NCBI GenBank assembly: GCA_904063045.1
Contig: CAJFCJ010000015.1
Span: forward strand, 496,001 to 560,000
Length of the DNA stretch: 64,000 nt
Source of the DNA: Dimorphilus gyrociliatus
Taxonomy: Eukaryota > Animalia > Annelida
Reading direction: 5' to 3'
The notes under the pieces were generated by a model. That model saw nothing but the letters and a program-made list of their open reading frames with translations. It had not been told where the DNA came from and made no database searches. Positions within the stretch are counted from its first letter, which is position 1; every line of letters starts with the position of its first letter. Made by a program: the position numbers and the translations under genes. Below, one piece after another: positions 14,195-28,400 of the stretch.

Positions 14195-15453
14195 TCCGTC
14201 TCATTTATGACATTCTTCCACTTACTTGTTTGCTGTTGCTATGTAGTTACATAGCCTATTTTTTATGTACACACTATTTTGAATTGATATGATATAATCT
14301 ACCAAAGAAGACAGACAGATTAAATAATTATCTCTCAAATCACTCTTTATAAAGAGATTGTTTAAAGAACTTGAAATTAACCTTGAAACTAAGAAAAAAA
14401 CCAATTTAAACTGTCCTTGAAATTCGATAACCTTTTCGCGCCACTTCTCTATCACCAGTTTACTTTTTGCAGCTGGAATCATGGGACGGAAAGCAAAGAA
14501 AATTAACTCTTCCTAAAAGCAAATATAATATACAAAAGTAAAGAAATGCCATCTTGTTGACAAATTGGAAAACTAAGTATAGTATAGCTTACTCTAAAGT
14601 ATACTATACTGTATACTATAAATATGTTTTTATATATGCTCTTTTCTAAAATTAAATTAAATGAGATTTCTCCAAGTAAATTACACCATTTTGATACTTT
14701 TACATAATTAATTACTTCAGACTAAAGATTGATGAGAGTAGAAAAAAAAACCCCTGTAAAATTTTGACATTGAACACTAACTCTATCACCTTGTTCGCTA
14801 TGACGAATTTCATTTTTTCCCCTCCCCAATTCTCTCTTCTTTAAATGACCTTTTTTGATTCTTAAAAATATCTCTTTCTTTTTTTTTCTTTCAATTTCGT
14901 TTTTTTCATTTTTCTAAAGGTGGACGTGGGCGGAAAATTTGCATATCATGAAATCAATCTTGGCTAGCTCAGTATTTCATTCCGTCCTTTTGATTAATCT
15001 TTATAAACAATGATCATTATATTCTACAAATAGAATTTCAAAAATCATATATATAGACAGGCTTTAGATTAAAAAAACAAAAGCATTTTCATTTGTTTGC
15101 CTGCTCGCTTTTGTCTCTTCTTATCTTAGATTAATTAGCACTATAATTTTATTTAAAATAGTTACTTTTAGAATAGAGTCATCTTTCATTTAATAATCCA
15201 TCAAAAACTAAGAGACTCTCTGCCAGATGAAACCATATTTTTTTTCGCATAGTAAACTATTTATATCCTATTAGTAATATGGTATGGATATTAATTAGCC
15301 TTATTTAATCTAATCATTTTGGTTTTCTATCCATTTTATGCTTAATTGAATATAGTTTGAAATAATTATTAGATTATAGATGGCGCTAGTAACACTACAA
15401 ACTTTCAAATATTCGCTGAACACTTTTATTTCGTATCATTTAAAAAAGCATCA

Positions 15454-17530
15454 ATGGCATCAAACTTGGAAGAAGATAATGCGAAAACTGTTGAAAAGCA
15501 TTACAATAGCTTAAAAGAAGGCAGCTTGATGGAACGTGGACAAAGCAGGATCGTTTACATGCGCAATTTTAACAACTGGATGAAGAGTCAATTAATTTCA
15601 ATGTACCTGAACAAAATTCGTGAAACTAAGAAATCTAAAATAATCACTGTTCTTGATTTGTGTTCAGGGAAGGGAGGGGATCAACTTAAATGGCGGAAGG
15701 GCGGCGTTGAGCATGTAACTTTTGCCGATATAGCTGGAGAATCAGTTAGACAATCCGAACAAAGGTGTGTATTGAAGTTAGCCGGTTCCACGTGGAATTT
15801 TTTATTTGAATCGTGTTTGTTTCTCTTACACTACTCTTTTATATTTTTTTAAGAGGAAAGAGAAGAATTTTCTGCATAGATCGTTTTTAAATTATGTATC
15901 TAAACTGCATAATCGTATATCCCTAACCAATATGCATGCAAAACTCTATTGGCAAAGGGATGGCATCTGCTTACAAAAGTTGTATTGAAAAGATTTTTCA
16001 ATAAGTTCTGATACAAAATATTTCCTCTCTAAGTATTTATTCATAAATATCCAAAAGGCAAAAAAGGAAAGAAAGTATACAGGTCATGTTCTCAATAGCT
16101 TTCATATTAACGTTTATATTTTAAATGATATTTTACATACTTCTGTTCCTGGAAAGCATATATATTTTATTCACTAAGAAATAGAGAACTTATTGGAAAG
16201 TATATTGTTTTTTATGAATCATATGAAAGCAATTAAAATCAATATTCTGGCAAAAATTCTTTTTTATTGTCTAATATGTTAAATTCTCTATCGTTTTCTT
16301 TATATATAATTTTTTTTCATTTGCAGATATCATGAAATGAAATCGAGAATGAGTAAAGAAAGGCATAATAATCAGGTTATATATAGTGCTGAATTTATAA
16401 CGGCTGATTGTGGAAGAGAGCTACTAACTAAACATTATAAATCTCCCATTATCTTCGATTTATGCAGCTGCCAATTTTCTCTTCATTACTCTTTCGAATC
16501 ATTTAAGCAAGCTGAAATTATGATACGTAATGCTTGCGAAAGACTAAGACCTAATGGCTATTTTATTGGTACAACTACGGATGCAAATGAAATTATAAAA
16601 AGATTGCGGAAATCAAAAGACGAGGTTGAATTGTATTAATGCTTGTAGGTGGCGTTTCCTATTTCTATCATTAAAAATTAAATTAAATTTTTTTCGCTTC
16701 TCTTTCCCTCCATGAATGAAGTATAGATAATGAAGGATCAATTGTTAAATTTCACAATCTTATAGTGACTTTAAAATCTTAAAAAATATATATTAAGCCA
16801 TTTAAAAAGCTCGTACAATTCAACCTCTTTAAAGACTAATTCATTTGGAAATGACGTCTTTAGCGTGACATTTGATAAAGATTTTAAAAAAAATGGAACT
16901 CCAGCCTTATTTGGAGGGAGATATGATTTCCATTTGGAAGGTGTTGTTGATTGCCCTGAATTTCTTATTCATTTTGATACTCTTGTTACTATGGTTGAAA
17001 AATACCATATGAAACTTGTATTAAAAAAAAAATTCTCAGAGTTTTATAAAGAACAAATTGCAAATTCTGATGGAAGAGGATTAATAGGTAGAATGCAAGG
17101 GTTAGAGACATATCCACCTCCGGAAAGTGAGAATTTAGTTGGAAACCCTGAAACGGATTATGAGACAGCAAAAAATTTGGTGAAAGATCTCAGAGAAAAG
17201 GGATTAGAAAAAGATCTAACAGACAACGAAATGGCAAAGCAGATCTCTGTTGTAAGTTGACCCAATTTAAATTTTTTATTTAATTGAGTATATACTTGTA
17301 AAATTAATATAAAAATAACGTCCTATCTACGCTATTAATATATCTCTTACTGTTTAATCCTCAGGGTACTCTCTCACAACCTGAGTGGGAAGCGTGTAGT
17401 AAGTAACCCAATTACTTCGGTGTATAATATTGTACCTGAAAACATCTTTTGTTTTTATTTCACAGCTCTCTACATGGTTTTTGCTTTTCAAAAGGACAAA
17501 AATGCTCCTATGCCGTCATCTTCCCTTTAA
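15454..17530 (+). CDS. RNMT: mRNA cap guanine-N7 methyltransferase
   Basis: Exons 15454-15764, 16327-16624, 16835-17251, 17365-17398, 17466-17530. Motifs [64 protein letters not shown] and [21 protein letters not shown]. Confidence 0.95.
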
Positions 17531-18025
17531 ACTGATTATCGTTCAATAAATTGTCATTTGTTAAAAAATTTTATATAGAAATTACAGTACGTGTACCTGT
17601 AATAAAAACTACGACATCATCTTTTAGTGCAATATTTGTTCACTTTTCACTTAATCACTCACTATCATTCAGTTAGTTTTAGCAATGATATTATATAATA
17701 GACCAAAAGATCAACTTATCGCTATGATTCTCTTGATAAGAATTCAAATGGGAAAAACCAGTTGTCTATTTTTTTATACTTCACGTTTAAAGATTCCGAT
17801 TAGATTGATGCATTTTTTGTAATAAAGAATTAGAGGCTAGGAGTTCCATTAGATTTTCATTTTATTTAAATTTTTTTGTAGTTAACTCATTTTTAATTAC
17901 CATTTATCAAAACATTTCTAACAAATATTTAAATGGTATAAACTATACCTCTATACTTTGAGGTCAATTAATTTTTGATAAAACAAGGTTAAATGTCTCG
18001 AAAATAAATTTCAAGAAGAAAAGAA

Positions 18026-18938
18026 TTAATCAATATTTTCTACATTTTGGTGAACTTGAGCTTCAATGGTATGAACTGTTGATTCATAATTAGTTGTTTC
18101 ATTTCCCTGTGGATCATTTATTTCAGGCATCATTCTATCTGTTTCATCATTTTTTTTTTGACTTTCTTCTGAAGCCTTTTGTAAAGCAAATTGACTCCGG
18201 ATTAAACGATTTTCGACTGTTGAACCGAAGATAAAATAACCGACACTTGTACCTTTGTTTAACAAATACATATATAGGTATCAAATTTAATCTAATGTAT
18301 TATTAAATATAATTAACAATATTACCTATTAGAACACAGAAAAATATCCATGTATTATATGTCATTACTACCAGCATGGCTACCAGACCAGACCAATGAT
18401 CTATAAAGCTTAATATTGTCTGTATAAAATGTTTGAACTTCCTGCGTAACAATAAAACTATTAATTACTATTTAAAAATTGCTACGTAAAAAGCCAACGT
18501 ATAGATAGATAACTGCTGTTTACGCCTCGTAGATGCGATTAATAAGGGTGAATCCTCAGGGCTTGTGTTTAGTTGTTTTATCCTATTGTTAATAATATAA
18601 GTAACAAAGTAGAAAATAGAGCAAATAGTTTGCCGACAGTTACAAGCAAAATATATTAACCTCTTTGAGAAAAAGTTGTCTACAACTATTCGAAACCATT
18701 TCAAAAATTCAAGGAAAAATCCGATAAACAAAGCAAAGGCTAAAATTCCTAAAAACTCTGTAGAAACATATAGTATAGCATTTGAAAATTGAGAAGGATA
18801 AACAAACGTTGAAAATTAGAACTTGACCAGCCTTTCAATAAAAAGTTGGACATAGAATGTCCGAAATAAAAGAAACTCTACAAAAATTGAATATATCAAT
18901 ACAAGCTAACTGATATTGATGAATTTTACCTTCATCAT
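18026..18938 (-). CDS. Copper transporter CTR/SLC31 family (CTR2-like), ~221 aa
   Basis: Five exons stitched by hand: 18938-18930, 18877-18808, 18757-18514, 18441-18326, 18252-18026 (666 nt, phases consistent). Protein reads MMKSFFYFG...LLKGW, TM1 (FLGILAFALFIGFFLEFLKWFR), HFIQTIL, TM2 MxxxM (MLVVMTYN) and TM3 GxxxG (GTSVGYFIFG). Confidence 0.88.
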
Positions 18939-19423
18939 TCGTGTGAATCGTCTTTATTAATCATTACCTGATTAATATGGCATTGTTAAAAGTGTGTATT
19001 CAGAAATCTTTAAAACATTACAAAAAATTGACAATAAGGGACTGGACCTTATCATGTGACATGCAGGAAGTTCCATCAGTGTGGTTCCTGTTCCAATTTA
19101 GAACATTATTAGGGAAAAGTTCAGTGATGAAAACCATACTAAAATTTAAATTCCATGTAAAGTAAACGCTCATTGGCCGCTTTAACACAACGCACCAAGT
19201 TGAAGCATTTTTATGTTTTATCAACGAGATTTATCGTTTTTACTGTCTTTTTCTACTTTTAGTTAAAAGATTTTCCAATAATTTCTTGGATAGAGCTCTG
19301 GCTATTTGAACCCTAGCTCTGTAGTTCTAAGAAGTCTCAAAACGTGAGTATTATTCGTGAAATTTAGGTTACGTAGCCGACACCATAAAAAAATTTTATT
19401 TTGAAACTGAACATGTAGGTAAC

Positions 19424-22400
19424 ATGACAGAAAACATTCCACCAAAAATGAATGAACATAACTTTTCTCATTGCTTTGAGATGAATTATACATCACCTAA
19501 ACAAAAGCCCCCTAATAAAGATAGAAAGGAAGAAATAGAAACTTTAACCTTAGGATCGTTTTGCCGAGCTCCAATTGTCGATTTCGGATTAGTTAAAGTA
19601 AGATAATCCAATTTCAACTAATCTTTCATTTTTGAGTTGTGAAGATCGTATAACCATTATATTTTTAATAGAAAGATAAAACGCAATCTAGAAGATTACG
19701 GCTTAGGAATATTGAAGAATTTGAGCAAATCGTCTCAATAGAAAAATTTCCTTACAAAGCAAACTTCACAATAAATCAAAAAGAAGTTACTGTAGGCCCA
19801 TTAGATACCCAACTTATATCAATGTCGTGGACACCTTCCGCAGGAGGTAACGTTAGGGAGAAAGTTATTTTTAAGTTGAATAGTACAATAAGATTGGAAA
19901 GTATATTATTGGGTAAATGTGAGTCACCTGTAAAACCAAAGCAAAAGGTAAGTTGTAAATTTTTCTATGTAATTCGAAAGTAAATTTGTATGTCTGCTAA
20001 ACAAAAGAAAAAATTGTGGAAACTGCCTAAACCCCCGTCAACCCCATACACGAAAAGTGCTGTAAAGGAACGGTTTCTACAAACGAAAGAAGAATGTAGG
20101 TCTTCATCATTATCTCCTAAAAGAACGACAAAACCTCCGCAGACGGCCTCAGCAAAACGAGAAGTGTTTCGTGAAATTCAACGAAATAAACTCGACGATA
20201 CTGGAGAGATCGGATTTAAGGAAATCAATACAAAAATATTTGACTTTGCTAATCAGGTTCAGTCTACCCCACGAGATACGTATTTCGTCCCAAAAGGAAC
20301 CAATATTAAACAAGAATTACAGTTAAAGCTGTCTGAAGATGAATCTAAGCAAAAGTTAAGCCCAAAAAAGAGATCTTCCGATTTGTTCGACGATAGTTTA
20401 AAGGAGGATGAGGCTAAAGAGTTTAGTGAAGAATTTCATGATTCTCTTAATGATGAAGATAGCAGCACTAAGCAATTGGTTATTGGTCGAGAAACTGTTG
20501 TTAAAGGACGTCCTGATATGGATAATATACCTATTATAGATCACGACTCAGAATCGGTAGCACGTAGGCGTATTTTTCCCGACTTAACAGCAAGCTTAGA
20601 AAAAAATTCTGTAACACGTTTAAAAAGAAGAGCCCGCCGACGAAGCAAAACTGTCACAAAAGAAAAACCAACTTTAGATCTTTCGATAATGCAAGATTCC
20701 TTTGATTCTTCAATGTATGGCAATGACGGCTGTATGCTTGACAATAGTTTGTTACAAAAGACACCAATAAAAAAGATTACAGAAATTGAAAAACCTAAGA
20801 GTAAAGACGGGATTGAAATCTTATCTGGTAACGTAAATAGTACAAGATTTACGGAGCCAAAGCAACTAGATAAACCATTGAAAATTGAATCTCTAAATAA
20901 AACTGATAAAGTAATAAAACCATTAAAGAAAAATCTTATGGCACCACCAAGGGTACTTCCTAAGATGCTGGAAGAAAAAACAAAGAAATCGAATACTTCT
21001 CCAAAAAAAGTCAATTTATCAAGATCAAAAACTATTACTCTTGAAAAATCTATAGCTGTCAAAAGGCGTTCAATTGAAGTAACTCCATTGGATAGCTCAA
21101 AAAAATTGAAGCGTAAAGAAATACAAACGTCTCCCATTACTAAAAGAGGTAACTATCACATCTTTGCGAGGATATAAGATAGTTAATATTTTTTTGATTA
21201 ATATTATTAGGAAGAATAAATGATTCGAAGGTTAATTCGACTCTGTGTTCAAGAATTAAGCCAGTGAAGGGTATACCCCAGGCAAAATTGGTTTTGTCAA
21301 AATCAGTTATGAGTACACGTGTGTTTTTCATTTGACCATTTTAGGCTGCTTTCATTACTTATGTTATTTTATTTTATCCAGCTCTACCAAAACACCCATT
21401 GCCATTTGTTGCTAAAAATATGTATTACGACGAACGTTGGATTGACAAGCAGGAAGCTGGTTTCAAAAGATGGTTAAATTTCGTTTTAACACCATCTGCG
21501 GAGGAGCAAGTTGATACAAAGAAACCTTTAGGTATTAAATTAACTTCAGAATGAGTTTAGACTAACTGTTCAATCTTAACAGTTGATAGGGGCCAGTTAA
21601 ATATAACAACGAATCATGAGAAAACTGTGAAGCTAGCACCAACAAAAGAGATGCTTTCGTTTAAGGCCTATTCTGCTAGGAAGCAATTAAACAAATTGCG
21701 CAGAAAGGCCATATCATTATGGCAAAGAGAAAACGTTATTAAAATATTACATCGTTTAGAAGTTGAAATATGTAGTGAACGCTTAAAAATCAGACCTGAT
21801 AAAAAAATACATGCTGATTTAGGTGGGTTTATTAATAATTACCTTATTAATAATTTACTTCATAAATGACAACTTTTAAAGGTCTGAAATATAAATTATT
21901 GGATGTCTTTCTAAGCTATAATCCGTTATGGCTAAGAATTGCTTTAGAAGTGAGAGTCTTTATATTATGAAATGACTTTGAAAGACATTTTATTAATTTA
22001 ACATTGTGTTTTAGACGGTTTATGGGGAGTTGATTTTGATAAATTCTAATCAGGATATAATAGGATTATCGAAGTTTATTTTAACGCGGGTTCTGAATTC
22101 ACCTGATATTCAAAAAGAATTCGCTCATCCAAATGTTCCTCACCTATATAAGTCAGGTAAAGATTCATTCTCACATTTTTAAAACGTTTATTTGCAAATA
22201 AAGAATGTTGATGAAAATATTTTAGGATATGAAGAAGCAATTGCTCAGCATATATTAAAGAAATTCCTTTGTCTTGTCTTATTTTTGGACTTGGCGAAAA
22301 ATGAGCGATTAATTAATCATGATCCAATCTTATTTTGCATTGATTCAGAATTCAAAGTAAGTGACACTTTATCTTAACACACGTTTAATAATGACATGTT

Positions 22401-25400
22401 TGTGTACATTAGACATCCCGTGATATTTTACTTTACCTGTCCAAGAATTGTTTACAAGGAGAAGGGGATGTTACCCGTCATCTGTCACACCTAGGCTATA
22501 AAGTTACTTACGCGCAAAGAGCTATTGATGAGTATAGTTTTGGCGTAACTAGCTTAGCAACAGACCTAAGAGATGGCGTTAGGCTAACGTAAGCTAAATC
22601 ACAAGCTACCTTGTCTACTTAAAGATACCTTCCTTTTTCAGCCGTGTAATCGAATTACTATTAACCGAATTTACTTTAACGAACCAACTTCGTTTACCAG
22701 CTTTGAGCCGGTTACAAAAGATTCACAATATACAGCTTTGCTTTAAAGCGTTATCCCGGCACTCAGTTGATTTAGGTAGTAAATAAGGGTACTGAATAAT
22801 AGATGTGAACTATTATTTTTCATTTTTATTAATATAGAAAGTGACAATATAGAACCTAAGCACATTACTGATGGCCATAGAGAAAAAACTTTATCACTTT
22901 TGTGGAAAGTTATTCTCAAATTTCAGGTAATTGGTGTTGATTTCTAAATTCACTATTAGGTTTTACTAGGAATTTAAATAAAAACAGGTGGAAATCGGCT
23001 TAAGTGAACAGCAGCTGCGAGAAGAAATTATTTTCTTAACGCGCCATAATTATATTCAAAGGCAGATGGCAGCATTAACTAACGATCGAGAAAAAATTGA
23101 TCTGGGTAATTAGACTTTCATCTCGTTTATTCTAATAAGGAGTTTTTACGTAGTAAATCTTTCTGTTTATAGACGGAAATATCGTCACGTCTACTGGCGA
23201 TACGAAAGTGCAACTTTTATTGAAATGGTGTCAAGCTGTTTGCCTTTGTTATAACATTGAAGTAGAAAACTTTTCGGTTTCGTTTAGCGATGGACGAGTG
23301 CTATGCTATATTATCCGACACTATCATCCTGCCCTTTTACCGGAAGATGCTATACATAACGAAACGACGCAAAGCATGCGTCCGGACAATAAATCTTTCG
23401 ATGAGGATGACATTGGTATTTCTATGCCATAATCAAAAAGGATTTCCATAAAACGGAAATCCTTTTTACTTTTGTTTACATGAACACCAGATCTTATTCT
23501 TTTTTTACCTGATGCAGAAACAAGATATTCGTCGGAATATGATAAATTATTACAAAATGAACAAAAGAACTTCAAAGTTATCAACCAAGCAGTAAGCGAA
23601 TTAGGAGGTGTTCCTATGATGCTTAAGACCTTGGATATATCTGGTACGATACCAGACGAAAAGGTCGATGTTACTTTAATTTCTCTTTCTAAATAAGTTT
23701 GATATGGAGTTAATAACGTTTGCTAATTTTTATTATAGGTTTTAATTACTTACGTCAGTTGTCTTTGCGTTCGCCTATTGGATTTAAGAAGCGAAACCAG
23801 GGCAGCTAGAATTATACAGGTTTCTTTGATCCTTATGAGCCTTTTTTCAACGTTAATTTTATATTTAATTCTTCAGGCGGCATGGAGAAGGCATCACCTT
23901 GAGGGAAGAAAGAAATATTTACACGTAAATTTATTGATTTCAAATTGGGGCTATTGCTCTACATTCTAATACATTTTCAGAAACAACACAATGCCGCTAT
24001 TAAAATACAACATATAGTTCGTCGGTTTTTGAAAAAACGCTTCGAAGAAAGAAAAAAAAAATCGGTTACTGTACTGCAAAGATCTGTAAGAAGATGGCTA
24101 GCGAAACGAAGAATAAACGAAATAAAGAGGGAAAAGGATCGACAAATTGTAGAAGAACACGTTCGTCTGATACAGGTTATTCATTTTCCTTTAATATGAT
24201 TTATCATTACGCTTTGTTTGTTTTTCATTAAAAACTCTATTTTTCTTACATGTTTAAACAGAACTGCATCAGAGTATACATTCTAAGGAAGAAATTAAGC
24301 GCCTTTAAGGAGAAAAAACGGAATGAAGCGGCAACTGTAATTCAGCGTTGGCTATTATCCGTTAAGGCTGCAAGAGCGGCTAGATGTTATTTTTTAACGT
24401 TAAAATCGACTGTTATCCAGTTACAAGCCTTATTCCGGCAAGTTTCAGAGCGTAAAAGATTCTTAAAGAAATTGGAAGCAGTAACAAAAATACAAATATG
24501 GTGGAGATCTATCTTGGAATGCCGTAAAAACAAGCAACGCTTTCAATTTATTAAGAAAGCCGTCATTAGAATTCAAACTCAGTATAGATGCTACTATTAT
24601 AAGAAAAGGTTTACACAGATGAGAAAATCCGCATCTACTATTCAATTGGCGTTTAGGCGTTATGTTGTTAAGAAGGAAGTAAAACGTCAGATAAATGCTG
24701 CTATATGCATACAGAAACACTGGAAAAAGTTCTCTTGCAGAAAAAGCTATTTACACCTTAAACGCAGCGTAATTAAGATCCAAAGTTTATTTAGATGTTA
24801 TCATCAACGAGAGGTTTATTTGAAAGAATACAATGCAACTTTAATAATACAGAAGCGGTGGAGGGCTTTCTTACAAGGGCGTAAACAAAGAATAAATTGT
24901 CAATTGAAAAAAGCTGCTGTCATAACAATACAAAGGGCTTTTAGACGACAGTTACAGAGTAATAAAGAAAGAAACGCTGCAGCTTTAGTTATACAGTCCC
25001 ATTTCAGACGATTTCTATGCATGAAGAATTTTAAATCTACAAAACGAGCTGTTGTGTTTATTCAACGTCGATATAGGGCTACCCGACAAACAACTGCCTG
25101 CATTAAAGAGTTTAGTCAGCTGAAATTTGCAACTATTCTCATACAGTCTCATTTTAGAGGATGGCAATGTAGGAAAAAGTATATTGCCTTGAGAAGAATC
25201 GTCATCTTTACGCAATCTCTCTATAGAATGAAACGAGAAAGAAAGGAATTTCTGAAGATAAAACAGAAAGCTATTTTCATTCAATGCACCTTTAGGGCGA
25301 GTAAGCAACGAAGGCAGTATATTGTACTGAAACGAGCTGTCGTTAAACTTCAGGCTTTATTGAGGATGCGAAGGGAAAGATTACGCTTTGTTACACAACG

Positions 25401-28400
25401 AAATGCTGCTGTAATAGTGCAGAAAAATGTCAAACGTTTCTTGAAGCGTTTGAAATTTACTAAACTAAAAGCAGCTTGTTTAGTTATCTCAAAATTTAGT
25501 CGAATGACAATTTGTAGGCGTAAATTTCTTTCTCAAAAGAGGGCCTGTGTTGTCATACAATCAGCTTTTAGGAGATTTTCTTGCAAAAGGAGATTTTTGA
25601 CTGAAAAGAAAGCCGCCATAGTTATACAAAAAACTTTTAGAATGCATTTAAAGAAAAAGTTATATGAGAAAATGAAAAGTAGCGCAATAACAATTCAAAA
25701 AAGATACAGAGCAATAAAATTGATGAAATTGGCCAAACATCACTTTATTAGCATCCGGTCATCATGCGTGATTATTCAAAGATTTTGGAGGAATTACGTA
25801 TGGAAACGAAACAGAGAAACGGCTGCATTAATTATTCAACGATTCGTTTTAACAAATTTAATCGCTAAATCGTTTAGAAATGAATATTTGGAATTGAAAA
25901 AATGTACTATTATTGTACAATCAATCTATAGACGATGGCATCAAAGGAGAGAATATCAAAATATGAAAAGAGCAGCCGTTATCATACAATCTAATTATAG
26001 GCGTTACGCTGATAGGTGTCATTATGTCGAATTAAGAGAAGCGACTGTTTTAATTCAAAGACGCTTTAGGAGCAAAAAATGTTTGAAAGAAGAAAGAAAA
26101 AGGTTTTGTCAAATTAGGAACGGAATAATAGGAGTACAGCGATTATTTCGAATTTATTTATGGAAGAAAAAGTTATTAAGGGAATGCGGTGCGACACTAA
26201 TTCAGAGATGTTTCCGCAGATATATAGCAAGAAAGAATTTTTTGCGTTTTAAAAGTGCTGCTATATTAATTCAGTCAAATTGGCGAACATTTGCAGCTAG
26301 GAGACGGTACGAAGCAATTAGAAATGGAATTTGTAAATTTCAATTTCTCTACCGAACTTATATCTGTAGAAAGAAGTTCACTCAAGCTTTGCGCTCCTTA
26401 TCTCAACTGAAATTGGAAGAGAGACAGAAGAATGCGGCTACTAAAGTACAGTCAGCATGGCGTATGTATGCTGCCAAGAAAAGCATGTTAATTAAAAAGC
26501 AAAAAGTAGTGATATTGCAATCATTTCTCAAAATGTATATTGAACGAAAGCGTTATATTGCTAAAAAGAATTCTGCAATCATTTTGCAAAGATTTTTCCG
26601 AAACTACATGAGCAAAAGAAGAGAGAAGAATGCTATCAAAGTACAATCAATCGTTAGGTGTTTCTTGGAGAGAAAAAAATTCTTGGCGATTAGAAAGTCG
26701 ATTATTACTATTCAGACACATTTTAGAAAGAGGCTTCGACACCGAAACCTCCAGAGGGAAAGAGCCGCTCTGCAGATACAATCAGCCTGGAGGATGCATG
26801 TAAGAAGAAATAACTTTAAGCGCACTAGAGACAGTGCTATTCTTATTCAAAGAGCATTCCGAAATTGGCATAAGAATGTGGAAAATAGGAGAGCATTTGT
26901 ATTGAAAGAAGCTATGAGTGTGAAAATCCAGGCATTTTGGCGTGGTTATAGATATAGAAAAATGTTTGTCAATTATCGCCTAGCAGCAAAAACAATCCAG
27001 TCACGTTTTAGGGCTTATTCTGCCGGAAAAAAACAGCGATCCCTCTATAAATCAATGAAGAAAAGTGTAATTCTCATAGAATCGATTTGGATAAGGTACA
27101 AAGAGAAACAATATAAACAAAATCTGTGTCATCTCATGAAGCAGCATTCGGCTGCCAAAAAGATCCAAAAATGTTATAAAAGTTGGAAAAACAGACAAAA
27201 TTATCTGAGAGTAGGTGCTTGCATTGTCATTCAGTCAACTTGGAGATCAGTAGTTCAGAGACGTCAATTCATTAAACTGAAAAAAGCTACTATTGTTATA
27301 CAAAATCTTAGAAGAAGACGTTTGGCTATTAGGCGCTCTAACGAACTAGAAAGAAATGCTTTAGTTTTACAATCGTTCAGCAGAATGTATTTGGCACGAA
27401 GGAAGTTGATTAACTGGCGTCAAGCAGCGGTTGTTATTCAACGAGCTTGGAAAGCTCATATAGTTTATAAAAAGTATCACGTTCAAAGAAGTGCCGCAAT
27501 CACTATACAAAAATATCTGAGGATGAGTTTCGCTCAAAAACAATATGGGGCAACTAGAACGGCAATTATTCGTTTACAGGCCTTTTTCCGAATGTGTCAA
27601 GCCAGAAAAGAATTCAAAGAGATAGAGGAAAAGGTTGTAATTACACAATGTTGTGTCCGTCGCTTCTTAGCCAGAAATCGGAAATTAGCAATGGTATCAA
27701 ATTTCATGATTCTTTTATATTCTTCTTTTCTAAAGAAAATTACTTTTTTACTTTCAGGAGGATAAACTAAACTGTCAAAGTAGACAAAAATTGATTATAG
27801 AAACTAACCAACGACACCTGGCGGCCTTTCGAATACAGAGAGCTTACAAAAGATATCGTAAATGTCAAGCACTAGAACGACATTTGCCTGCCATAATTTG
27901 CTTACAGGTGGCGATAGGCGGTTTTTACTATTGCGCTTAATTTTAATATATTTGCCGGTTCTCTTTCAGACACATGTCAGGGGTTTCCTTGCTCGCAAAC
28001 GAGTAGAGAGGGTAAAATGGGCAGCGAATGTAATAAAACGCCACGTACGAGTGTGGCTTTTAAGACAGGAACGGGTAAAAAGAGACGCCGCCGCCAGACG
28101 AATACAGGTAAGACACGCCTTTTCTCAGCATGTTAACAGAGAACATCCCTTTATACTGTACTTTGCACATCAGGCAGTAGCTCGAGGTTATTTAGTTCGA
28201 AGAAGAAATAAAAATGACAACATAGAAACAGTAAGGGAACGTTTACAAATTGCTACGGAAAATGCCCGAGAAGAAATGACGCTTGGACGCCGAACTCGAA
28301 GCGCATTAGACTTTCTTTTATTGTGTCGAGATTTATCAAGAATATTAGACTCTCTGATCCACTTAGGTAAGAATTGATTATTTGTAAATACAAACGAATA

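Noticed and set aside
19150-19410. CCAAT plus CHR (TTTGAA) G2/M promoter elements before ASPM
   Set aside because: Biologically plausible, but these short words are too common in AT-rich DNA to support.
27906-27914. Extra CTCF-like word AGGTGGCGA
   Set aside because: It is the ASPM exon/intron junction CAG|GTGGCG, so it is explained by splicing and excluded from the motif count.
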